Below are positions 25,173 to 39,196 of a stretch of DNA of 64,000 nt, one piece after another (positions within the stretch are counted from its first letter, which is position 1; every line of letters starts with the position of its first letter). Source of the DNA: Eledone cirrhosa (Eukaryota); the NCBI GenBank assembly GCA_964016885.1, contig OZ024743.1:363878001-363942000 (forward strand). The letters run 5' to 3'. A program made the position numbers and the translations under genes. The notes under the pieces are model-generated. The model made no database searches. It was not told where the DNA came from and saw only the letters and a program-made list of their open reading frames with translations.

Positions 25173-27288
25173 TTACCGTACTTTTTGTAGACGAAGGATG
25201 GTTTGTCCACCCTTTTCACTTGATCGTCCCTTCGGCTGGTCGTCGGCTCTTCTATGAGTATGTCCGAATATACTCTCCGGTTGAGAGTCCCTCGTAGGTC
25301 TCTGAAATCGCCAACTGCGTTGGGTAATTTCGTTTTGATGTTTGTGTATTGTTTCTGTGCTATTTTTAGCAGTCTTATGTTCGTTGGCGTTTTGATTGGT
25401 CTTGGTATTATGTAGTCGTGCTGTGAAAGGTCTGTGTGTTCAATTATGTAAGTCATTAGTTTCTTGTTGTGTGTATTTATTGCCGTGCATTTGTTTTTCT
25501 GGGGGTGGGGTGTGGTTCTGCTATTTTCTTGTCGTTGTTGCTGGGTGTGTGTGTTTTGTTGTTGTGTTTGCGATGTTGGTGCTTGTGGTGGTGGTGTTGA
25601 AGGTGTTGCTGTTGTTGGCGGTGGGGTTGTCGCCGGTGGTGATGGTGGTGCTAGTGTGGGTGGTGATGGTGTTGGTGGTGTTGCTGCTGTGAGTCTCTTT
25701 GCAGTAGCCTTTACCCTTTTTTCATTTCTTTCATCCCTTTTCGAAGGCGACGATGCGCTGCTTCTGCGTTTGTGCCTTCTTACGACCTTTTGCCATCCCT
25801 CTCCCACCTCACACTCCATGTCTGATTCTGTGAGGTCGGAGAGGGGTACCAGCTCCACTCTTTCACTTGTTGTTGTTGGTGATGTTTGCAGTGGAGTCTC
25901 TGTTGCAGCTGCATTTGGTATTACTGTTGTTGTTGTTAATACTTCCACTGCTGCTGCTGTTCTTGATTTCCGTGGCGTGGGTATGTGTGCCACAGACCTA
26001 TCGTTCCTGGTTGCCGCTGGTCCTGTTGCTGGTAGCTGTGGAGCCGGTTTCGGAAGGAGGGGGGTTTCTCCTTTCTCAGGGTCTTCTCGTTGCAGAAGGC
26101 CCTGAGGTGAGTCTTCGATCCACAGCGAAAGCATTTCGGGCGTTTGCCCTCAACACTTATGGGCAGTTGAGTGCCGTTATCGAAGTCTATCACATCCGGG
26201 ATAGCTTCGATGCACTCCTGGTTGGTTTGGATTAACATCTCAATGGAGGTGCCGACCCAATCTTCTCTTACTTTTTTCTGTACTTGCAGTACAGTTGTTT
26301 TATCCTCGATTCCGACGAGGACAGACGCGGCCAGCCAAGAAGGGGCCATCCCGGGGGGTACGTGGGTCAGTTTGACCCTCACAATTTTTTGCCCACAGTA
26401 GGAGGGCACCAACACCATTTCCTCGCTCCTTAGGGTCACTAAGGATTGAGCCTTTGCCTCCTGGGGTGTGGCAAAAAGCACGTCTACGGTGGCATATTTC
26501 TTGCCTCGGGTGATGTTCGTTTTCCGCTGCCACACAGAGCCTAAGGCTTTTTGTATTTGAGCCTCTGTGGCTCTTTCAACCCTACGGGATTTTGTGCTTA
26601 CTGTACGGTACGTGACCGTACAGTGCTGTTGGGTATCGAAAAAATTTTCGGCTGCCTTGAAGATTGCTCGGTGTCCGGTTTTCGTCACCATCTTCTTCGC
26701 TTCCTCTAATTCCTCATTTGTTATGAGGATGGTTTCCAGGTTCTTTGCGATACCTGCAAACGTGATTGGTTTTTCTTTGCTGCTGTTGCTGTTATTGTTG
26801 TTGTCGTCAGAGCTGCTGTTACTTTTGTTGTTGCTGCAGGTACTACGACTACTGCCGCCGCCGCTGTTGCTGTGGTTGTTGTTGTTGTTGCTGCTGCTGC
26901 TGCTGTGGTTGTTGCTGTTGCTGCTAATGCTGTTGTTGTTTATGCTGCTGCTGATGGTGTTGCGGCTGCTACTGTTGTTTTCCTTGTCACTGTTGCTGCT
27001 GCTGCTGTTATTACGGCTGCTATTGCTATTATTCTTGACGTCAGATGAATGAAATGGGTTTTCGTATTTCCCGCACACCTTTTTCGTCGTTGTCGTCGTG
27101 GAGAAATGTTGCACGCTTTCTACGTGATTTTTCTTTACTGGCGTCGCTTGCGAAAGAGAAGGGAGGGAGAGAGACACATTTAGAGAAGGGAGGGAGAGAG
27201 ACAATCTTCTCTCGGCTGTAGTGACGATTGAGGAAGAAGAAGACGGAATGAGTGGGAGTGACCTATGAAAATTCTTTTTCGTAACCAT
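25173..27288 (-). pseudogene. Tx1 ORF1 (putative RNA-binding domain plus one CCHC knuckle), frameshifted
   Basis: CFRCGSKTHLRAFC; continues in the frame of ORF 24836-26134; true end SEKGGQTILRLQKVR* matches SEKNGKAVLPLREVR* of copy 2. Confidence 0.8.
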
Positions 27289-27668
27289 GTTTTTTTTTTT
27301 GTTTAAAATAAATATTGGGCACAAAACCCCAATAAGCGGTTATTTAACCCCGAAGGGCCAAATAACGGGCAGAAAGACCCCTCTCACGAGGAGGAGGGTG
27401 TTTTTGTCTACAATTTGGTTAAAGTTTTAAACAATTTACAATTGTTATAGCGGTCAAAATTTACAATACCTTACAGAGCCGAGCCTCCGTCAACCATAGC
27501 ATTCAATAATAATAATAAGTTGACGGGACTAGCATAAGTTTCCCTGCTAGTACAGGTTGCACATCAGCGTACTCAATAAGGTAATGCTATGTAAAAATCC
27601 CAGAGTAGACACAAAGTTATTTACTTCAAAACAACACACGTAAATGGGTACCTTAAATCTATATATTA

Positions 27669-27707
<39 letters not shown>

Positions 27708-28118
27708 GCACACACGCACACACACCACACACACACACTCACACGTGCTGCCACGCATACGCACATGTGCTGCGTATGTAATTTTATAAGAAATCCACAT
27801 AATTACAAACATTCAAGTGTTTCTATAATAAAGTACAATAAAGATTTGCATAAAATTATGTTTGTAACCAAACTGAAAGAAAGAGGGAGAATATGTTCAT
27901 GTTTGTAACCAGTTATTTATTTACTTTGTCGAACGAAAGTGGGGAAAGGTGGCTGCTTTTAGGTAAGGGACGTGAGTAATATGGGTGTGTAACTTCTGTT
28001 GAGTAGAACCTTTAATGTACTGCATGAGAGGGTAGCACACGGCTGTGACGTCACGCCTCACTGACAGCTTCATTACTGCAATCAACTGGAAAATGGGATA
28101 ATATTGAACTCTCTCTCC

Positions 28119-28182
<64 letters not shown>

Positions 28183-29149
28183 ATGAGTACATCTGTACTG
28201 TATATTTGAATCTTGTGTATGTAGACTGTATATTGTGCATAGTATTGTAAGTATATTTGTACACAGTAAGTAATTTGTAAGAACTGTGTGTCGGTATATA
28301 TAGACAATAGGTGATGATCATGTTAACAGTGGTGGTAGTAATGATGAAGATATCATTATCAGCAGTAACACTAGCAACACTAACCGGCCTACAAATGTTG
28401 AGTGACAATATTGTGAGAATAATTATGAAATGGCACCCTACAGTCACCGCCACAACATCACCACCGTTAGCTGGGAGCTAACTAACAACAATAGAACGGA
28501 AAGAGTGACTCGCTTGACAGATGTTCCCCTTTATCAATACTATTGGAAGAGCCCTTTACGGATTATTCCCCCTTCCCGTACTTTTCACCCCATTTCGCTC
28601 TTTATCCAGTATATTTCATGCCAAGCTAATCCCCAGATATTACGCTCCCCTCCCCCACCCCCTCCCCTTCATAAATACACCGAATTTCCGGTCCCTTTCA
28701 CTTGTTGTTGCTGTTGTGGTGACCGTTGTGGTGGTGGTGGTAGTAATGGTGGGGTGGTGGTATTGGTGGAGGTGGTGGTGGTCGTGGTGGTCGTGGCGGT
28801 GGTGTGTTGGGAGTAATGTATTGGTGGAAAGCTGTGTTATGCTTTACAAAGGCACTTCACTCATTAAGAATCCTTTCTCATAGAATGGAAATTATAAGTG
28901 TATGTGTGTGTGTGCGTGTGTGTGCGTGTGTGTGGGGGGGGGGCGTGTGTGTGCGTGTGTGTGTGTGTGCGTGTGTGTGGGTTGGTGGGGTGTTTCCACT
29001 CCTTGTAGTTATTTCACTTGATTTATTTCCAGCAGTTTAACCAACCAGGTCAAGCCCCTGCCCGCATCTTTCTAGATATGTCGTTCGATACAGCTGCTTC
29101 TGTTGTTGTTGTTGTTGTGGTTGCTGGTGTTCATAATGATGTCGGTGAT

Positions 29150-29830
29150 ACTGGGATTGCCAGTATCGAATGCCATGCTTTGCAGCATAGAGTTACGGCC
29201 CTTTGCGGTCTGAGTTCAAATCCCGCCGAGGTTAACTATAGTACCAGTAATGTACTGGACATTTGCTGGCCTTGTGCCAAAAGTAGAAACAATTATTACA
29301 ATTTTTACTACAACTGTTGTTGCCGTTGTCGTTGTTAGTGCTGGATGACCTAAGCTGGATGACCTAAGCGGAAGAGCGGCGACCAAAATACCTTAGTTCA
29401 GTATCATTCAGTTCAAATCCCTCCAAGGTCAACTTTTTATTTCATCTTTCCGGGGTCAATGTGCGTCTTTCCACGTGGGGATTGGCAGTATCGGTAAAGG
29501 TGGGACAACATATTTTGTGACATATGGTTACATCCCTTTATGTTCTGAGTTCAAATCCCACCGAGGTTAGCTTCGCCTTTCATCCTTACGGGGTCGATAA
29601 AATAAAGTACCAGTAATGGACTGGAGTCGATTTAATCGACTTTCGGCTCCTCCAAAATTGTTGGCCTTGTCAATGAATCATAAACCATTATTACAGCCCT
29701 TGCCATTCTGAGTTCAAATCCCGCCGAGGTTGACTTTGCCTTTCATCCTTACGGGGTCGATAAAATAAAGTACCAGTAATGCACTGGGTAATTGATGGCC
29801 TTGTGCCTAAAGTAGAAACAATTATTATTG
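29150..29830 (+). mobile_element. Cluster of about four tRNA-derived SINE copies/fragments
   Basis: Repeated TCTGAGTTCAAATCCC (B box), CATCCTTACGGGGTCGATAAAATAAAGTACCAGT and 3' end CCTTGTGCC...AGAAACAATTATT. Confidence 0.85.
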
Positions 29831-29882
29831 TTCTTGTAGTTGTTGTTGTTGCTGTTGTTGTTGTTGTTGTCGTTGTTGCTGT

Positions 29883-29916
<34 letters not shown>

Positions 29917-30079
29917 GTTAGGTATATCCCGACAATATTTCCAGAATTAATGAATTACTACATGGCTTATTGCACCAAATACAGGTGCTTCAGTTTCGGG
30001 TGAGTTAGTACAATTCGGGTGGATAACTGTACCCTCCTACCTGTTACACGTAACCCCTTCTCTTTTCACTCACTCTCTC

Positions 30080-30123
<44 letters not shown>

Positions 30124-30319
30124 CCTCTTTCTCTCCTTTTCTTTATTTCTGTCCTTCATCTTTTTCATATCTTATATCTCTGGAGAAAGAAACAAAGAAG
30201 AAGAAGAAGAAGAAGAAGAAGAAGAAGAAGAAGAAGAAGAAGAAGAAGAAGAAGAAGAAGAAGAAGAAGAAGAAGAAGAAGAAGAAGAGGCGGAAGAGGA
30301 GGTGGAAGAGGAGTAGGAA

Positions 30320-30620
30320 GTCGTGAGTTCGATTCCCGGCAATACAAGATACTTTATTTCACGTTGCTTCAATTCAACTCAGCTGCCAAAATCGAGTTAT
30401 ATCTGTAATTGGAAGGGCTAGCCTTGTCACACCGCATGTCACAGCGCATGTCACACCGCATGTCACACCGCGTGTCACACTGAATTTCCCCGAGAACTAC
30501 GTTAAGGATACATGTGTCAGTGAGATGCTCAGCCACTTGCACTTTAATTTCACAAGTAGGTTGTTCCGTTGTTCGTATCAACTGGAACACTCGTCGTAGG
30601 GACCGATAGAGGGCCGAGGG
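30320..30620 (+). mobile_element. SINE-like element of a second family with an internal 12-bp tandem repeat
   Basis: B-box-like GAGTTCGATTCCC at about 30326; TGTCACACCGCA repeated about 4.5 times. Confidence 0.5.
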
Positions 30621-30688
30621 CCATCAATATATAGATATGTTTTTGATGCATATATGTGAATATATATATATTTACACATACGCACATT

Positions 30689-31513
<825 letters not shown>

Positions 31514-31521
31514 TATATATT

Positions 31522-31600
<79 letters not shown>

Positions 31601-31603
<3 letters not shown>

Positions 31604-32096
31604 TAAACGGAATAGAAAATGCTGACAAATTGTTCACAGTTGAAAAATGGTTTAATTAGGAATAAAAGAGTATTAGTGATTGTATGGGTTAGTATTCAGT
31701 TGTGGTTTTAACTTTTTAAGTTTTTACCGGTTGCGCATTTCTAAATGCTTTTCAAAAATAATTTTGAGATAGAGTGTCCGTGCTGTTTGCTCTGATCTGA
31801 TTAGTTTTGGGAATTCTACCTGTTTTTATGTTAAAAAAATGGCTCCAGCGTTATTTTTGTGTTGCAAAAATGCTTGTGGTCAAAACAATTTTGATTGGTC
31901 GGTAGAGGTCATGTGAATGTAAAAAGTTGATTTTGCGCTAAGACTGTTTTTATGTTAAAATGTTAGAAAAGTGGCTCCAGCAAAAATTATTGGTCAAAAC
32001 AATTTTGATTGGTCGGTAGAGGTCATGTGGATAAAAAATTGGTTTTGCGCCAAGATTGAGAAATGACTCTTTCACAACAAATATGTGTGTGTGTGT

Positions 32097-32138
<42 letters not shown>

Positions 32139-32943
32139 TAGTAGTAGTAGTAGTAAGGTGTTCGATGCTGCGACTATAGCCAGCAGCGATGTGTGTCAAA
32201 TGGCTATTAAGATAAGTGTGTGTGTGTGTGTGTACATACACACAGCAGAGTCATTCGAAGGTCAAAAGATATTTTTCAGCTTTTGTCTTATACGGAGAAG
32301 TGCGTGTGTGTGTGTGTGTGTATAAGTCTCTTTGTATGTTGATGTACGCGTGTGTATGTGTTTGTGTATATATGTGTGGGGGGGGGGGGGGACCAGTATT
32401 TTTTTCCCCCTGGTAAAATGGTGTACATTATTCGATTTTTTCAGTAAAATCGGTTCTCTTAATAGAACATCAACAATCTTAACAATAAAAGGAGTGAAAT
32501 GATATTCACTATATATATATACACACACACACAAAATTGTTTTGACCAATAATTTTTGCTGGAGCCACTTTTCTAACATTTTAACATAAAAACAGTCTTA
32601 GCGCAAAATCAACTTTTTACATTCACATGACCTCTACTGACCAATCAAAATTGTTTTGACCACAAGCATTTTTGCAACACAAAAATAACGCTGGAGCCAT
32701 TTTTTTAACATAAAAACAGGTAGAATTCCCAAAACTAATCAGATCAGAGCAAACAGCACGGACACTCTATCTCAAAATTATTTTTGAAAAGCATTTAGAA
32801 ATGCGCAACCGGTAAAAACTTAAAAACTTAAAACCAACCACAGCTGAATACTAACCCATACAATCACTAATACTCTTTTATTCCTAATTAAACCATTTTT
32901 CAACTGTGAACAATTTGTCAGCATTTTCTATTCCGTTTACCAA
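31601..32943. repeat. Element with ~400-bp inverted repeats around a microsatellite-rich core
   Basis: TGGTAAACGGAATAGAAAATGCTGAC... (31601-32005) reverse-complemented at about 32535-32943; (TA)n flanks. Confidence 0.9.
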
Positions 32944-32978
32944 TATATAATAACTTGTGTGTTACACCTCTATTCTTT

Positions 32979-33010
<32 letters not shown>

Positions 33011-33736
33011 ACTATATATATATATATAACTATATATATATATATATAGGTGTAGGTGTGTGAGTGTGTGTGTGTGTATGTGTATGTTTGCGTATATATA
33101 TATAAATTAAAATGAATAATTAGAAATAGGACTATCCATCATCAGTGATCTACTAATCATCATAGGTATTTCTTCGCATTAAAAACCATATACCTCAGGC
33201 TAGCGCGAACAATAACTAAAATAAGTTATTGGGATAAAAAGAATTGGGTGGAGAAAGAGAGACAGGTAAACAAACATGAAAGGTGAGGCAACGTAAAGAG
33301 AGGAAAAAATGAGAAAATCATGTCAATGATTCATTTGAACATAAGAACTTGCGAATATTGACGAGAAGACGAGAGAAGACTAGCAGAGGGGGTGAATGAA
33401 AGTAAGAGGGAGAAGGAGAGAGAAGGGGGAAAGAGAAAGAGGATAGCAGTAAGGGAAGAGAACAAGACAGGTCACAGCGAAGGGGAAAAACATATTGGAA
33501 TGAAACATGGCGTGTTGTGTTGTTGCAAATGTGATATACAAATTAAAATTATAGCATACATACATGCACACATTTTTATGTGCGTCTGAGTGTATACATA
33601 TGTATATTCTTGGTGTATGGATATAAATATATAATATAATATATATATATATAACGAAGGAGTTGTGGGTAAGGAACCAGATGGACCATAACGCACCAGA
33701 GTACTCAATACTTAGGGTAGTAGAGTGGGTAATAGA

Positions 33737-33856
33737 AAAATGTATGACCCCGACGGCAGAGCCCAAGCTGTTTCGACGGCTATTTCTGGACTAAAATTTT
33801 AGTCCAGAAATAGCCGTCGAAACGGCTTGAGCTCTGCCGTCGGGGTCATACATTTT
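33737..33856. repeat. 120-bp spacerless palindrome
   Basis: Centre AAAA/TTTT at 33796/33797; only two mismatches seen between arms. Confidence 0.95.
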
Positions 33857-33857
33857 C

Positions 33858-33995
<138 letters not shown>

Positions 33996-34263
33996 AGTTT
34001 TTAAAAGCATTGGGACTATAATAATTTTAGGTGATATGAAGTCAAAGCAATACGTATAAAGTGTTATATGTAGTATAATATATATATATATACATAAGAT
34101 GCCATTATGGGTGAAAGCGGCGATTCTTTGCTTAAACTTTAATCTGTTAGTTTAATAAATATATATATATATATATATATAAGGATTAAAATACTGGAGC
34201 GTGTTGGAGTTAAACACCCTCTTCGTATTATAGAAATGACAGTAAAAGGTATAGCTCAATGTA

Positions 34264-34332
<69 letters not shown>

Positions 34333-34339
34333 ATATGTG

Positions 34340-35686
<1,347 letters not shown>

Positions 35687-36423
35687 TTTAATAGGGAGCT
35701 AACAAGCCTGGTATGTGCAATCCACACGCTAGTCGGATTGCACATCCCAGACAGGCTAAATACAATTCAGGTTTGAGTTGATGAAATCCATGTTTGAAGG
35801 TATTTAAGAACCAATATAAACTCGTAAACCATATTATGATAATACAAAAGAACAAAATGGTTAATTATATTTCATTTTAATTAATTAACGAACATTTCAA
35901 CCATATTTTGAATAGTTACGTAATAAATTATTATTTAATTAATTAAATTAAATTAAAAATTGGAATCATTACAACTATTAAATGAAAATATAAATCAATT
36001 GTTACCTCATAAAATACATTTAGAAATGAATATTAGCACAACGGTTAATATTTAACGTAAAGGGACATAAATATTGAACTGGGCATTCAAGCGAATAGAT
36101 TATAATATTATATTAAATTAGACCCTCAAGCGAAAAGGTTGGAATATTATAAGTTTCTTTTTTTTTTATATAAAAAAATACAGAACAAAAATATATATAA
36201 CCGCATATATAGATACACACACGTATATACACAAATATATATACATATACACAACCACAACTATATATATATAACTTTGAGTATGTGTTGGTTACTTACT
36301 GATACTTCTGTATGCAGGTTAGAGCACTCAACGAAGTGCGCAGGTGGATCTCTACTCCGGAGTAATGTAAAAACAAGAAGTGTAAGTCAACAGGTTAAAA
36401 TTAACTTCGTTTATTCATATTCG

Positions 36424-36467
36424 CTGCTATATATATTTCGGTGATTATTCAACAGCTCATCAGGCAG
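36424..36467 (-). ncRNA. Hammerhead ribozyme motif, partly degenerate
   Basis: CTGC-CTGATGA-gctgttgaataatcacc-GAAA-TATAT-ATA-GCAG; downstream sequence homologous to 1735-1870. Confidence 0.6.
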
Positions 36468-37009
36468 TTAGCACTTGAACAGAAAAAAAAATAAAACATA
36501 ATGTTGGAATGGATTTTACTTTGTTAAATCGTTGATATGTTCAGATCCAGAGTGTGGTGTTAATCCTCTAAGGAACTGAAAGCATATGCTTTCAGTTTTC
36601 CGGTCAGAGGCTTTTATGCTAAACTTATTAGACTATTTTTCAAAGTAAAAAAAAAAAAACCTGCGTTGAAGCTGTTAACTTTAAGTTAGCTTTAAATTCA
36701 AAATTCATAACTCGATCAACGGTTCTAAATATCGACTATTATCCTGGTCGATAAATAGCTTAAATTAACGAGCAAAAAGAATCAGTCTCACTTTGGCGTA
36801 ATGGTAGCAAGCATTGCAACAATACCATGGTAACTGAAAAAAAAAACATATATAGCTATATGAGGAGACGTTAAGTTTAAATGACAATGTCATTATAATA
36901 ACTGTAGCACGAAAATCTCCAACAACATTCTGCACGCCAAGAAGCAGCAAATCATGACCAGGAATAGCCACGACTTACAGGGCATGGGAGTAAAGTCTTC
37001 TGGGTGATG

Positions 37010-37340
37010 TGAATGACTGGGAGTGCACAGCAGACTTCCCAGGATCGGCAAAACAACCAGGAAGAGTGGCTTGAGGTCATATATCGTGCTCCATTCCAGT
37101 TCATCAAAACAGCTGATTTTGATTGAAATCATAATGCCGTGAAAATAGATAGAAGAAGCTCACGTGTTCAAGATCGAAAAATACGCCAGTTTCTCCAACA
37201 GACTGAGGTCAAAGTGGTCGCTATAAAAGCCATGGGCTTTGTGGGTAACTCAGCCTACAATCTCATGAAACAACTCTCAGGAAGAACACGACCAAAGCCC
37301 TAAAGGCAATATCAGAAGCAGCGGAGAGTATTCTCAGCTA
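37010..37340 (+). pseudogene. HERO-like RLE retrotransposon C-terminal remnant
   Basis: LIEIIMP...IEEAHVFKIEKYA...GFVGNSAYNLMKQLSGRTRPKALKAISEAAESI. Confidence 0.6.
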
Positions 37341-37539
37341 GGGGGCATTATGTTTGTATTGTAACGTACACTAAGAAAAGTAAGTCTGGGTGGTAGTGTT
37401 GGCGGCGGCGGTGACACTGGTGATGTCTTACCGCTAACATGACCACCAACGATATTTTTCCAAACTCAAGAAAGCGTTTATATAAGCAGAGGCAAAAGAC
37501 ATGTGTTCCACCTAGATTTTGTCAACAAAATCATCATAC

Positions 37540-37830
37540 GACTTAAATATACAAATCTCCGACATCCTAGTGGCCAAAAATGTCAGCAGAAGGGCACCCA
37601 GAGAGCTAAATACCAGGACTTGGCCGACTGATTACTTTACGTGCCGATCACCGTCGAGACCTCGGGTATCATCGCTCCCTGAACTGCCGTTTTCCTCTCC
37701 CAACTCTGAAGGAGTGAATCCTAATTTATGAAGGGACCCAGTGAGGCAGAATGGATGATGCAGCTGGTCTCGCTGGTTGTTTTCAGTGACAACGGCTTCG
37801 CCATTTTGTCCGCGGGACACTGCTGAGTTA
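37540..37830 (+). pseudogene. CRE-like RLE retrotransposon C-terminal remnant
   Basis: KYQDL...VPITVETSGII...FLSQL...EAEWMMQLVSLVVFSDNGFAILSAG. Confidence 0.6.
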
Positions 37831-38039
37831 TACTGCTTAACCTGGTGTAGAGTCTGTCACTCCATTTCGGTATTCAATTTTTTTTCTCTTTTTGTTGTAC
37901 TATTTTATGTACTTGTATTTCAATGGATAACATTTTAATTATTTTGAAACTAAAAGATTAGAAAACCAAGCATATATAGAGTATTAAATTAGATAATTAC
38001 AATATATATATATACATATATTGTTATACTTTGGGGGGG

Positions 38040-38290
38040 TCATGTTGCCAATAAGAAACACACGCACCAGTTGCTTTCACTTCAATTTATTATAATAAAT
38101 TTATAAATTTAGGAATTTATAAATTCTGGTTGGTTGGTTGGTTGGTTCCACAACCAGATGGTTGTTTATATATTGTAAAAGTTCTTTCGTCACACATTCT
38201 GTGACCTCTTCAGTGATTGGGGATTCTTTTCTTTGTTTTTGTGCCTCTCCTTTGTTTTGTCCTACGCCATCTTGTTTCTGTGTGTGTGCT
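38040..38290 (-). repeat. Dispersed repeat with a degenerate hammerhead; second copy 63615-63875 (+)
   Basis: CTGAAGA-GGTCACAgaatgTGTGAC-GAAA; stem I is broken here, the GAAA box is mutated in the other copy. Confidence 0.65.
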
Positions 38291-38669
38291 GTGTGCTCAG
38301 TCTGCGCATGCGCCACATCCGGGTGCCTGTGTGTGTTTATATTCGTTTATTTATTTGTTTATTTACATGTTACTGGTTGGTTGTTTGTTCTATGTGCGTG
38401 TGTGTTTTCATTCTGTCCTTAATTGTAAGTTGTGATGTTGCTGTTCCACTCATGTTTTCTATTTAATTTTGGTTGGATTTCATTTATGTTTATTGCCTCT
38501 GTGATTTGTCTAAACATTGCGTCTTTTCTGTGTGTAGATTCTATTTTTATTTCTATGTTCTCTAATTTACCCTTACATAGAAATAAAAATAGAATCTACA
38601 CACATTTACTCTAACATAGAAATAAAAATAGAATCTACACACAGAAAAGACGCAATGTTTAGACAAATC

Positions 38670-38865
38670 ACAGCGTATACACATGTACACATACAACTCA
38701 AAACATACACATCCACACATACAATAACATCCAACACTTGCATGCATACATACATATCTACCTAGTTGATGTTGTGTAAATTCCAATGAGAGAGTCTTGT
38801 GTCTATGTTAGAAACCGACTCTCTCTCTATTGGTAAAACTTTGTGAAATTATAAAACCAAAAGAA
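38670..38865 (+). mobile_element. Family B 3'UTR fragment ending in (TACA)n
   Basis: Matches 18070-18274 and 43825-44022. Confidence 0.85.
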
Positions 38866-39017
38866 CATACATACATACATACATACATACAGACATACAT
38901 ATATACATACATACATAATACATACATACATACATACATACATGCATGCATGCATACATACATACATACATATATACATACATACATAATACATACATAC
39001 ATACATACATACATACA

Positions 39018-39051
<34 letters not shown>

Positions 39052-39196
39052 CATACATACATACATACATACATACATACATACATGCATGCATGCATGC
39101 ATGCATGCATGCATGCATGCATACATACATACATACATACATACATACATACATACATACATACATACATACATACATACATACATACGTACGTAC

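Larger units (their letters stand above)
21501..27504 (-). mobile_element. Full-length Tx1-clade non-LTR retrotransposon copy 1, inserted in (TTA)n
   Basis: Two ORFs, AATAAA near the 3' end, (AAT)n at 21442-21501 and 27505-27518; ORF2 and 3'UTR nearly identical to 57850-61533. Confidence 0.9.

Noticed and set aside
25120-25176. GTAAGT plus pyrimidine tract as a mini-intron or overlap fusing Tx1 ORF1 to ORF2
   Set aside because: Both copies conserve an ORF1 stop (VR*) at this point and ORF2 has its own ATG; the apparent read-through in copy 1 comes from an upstream frameshift
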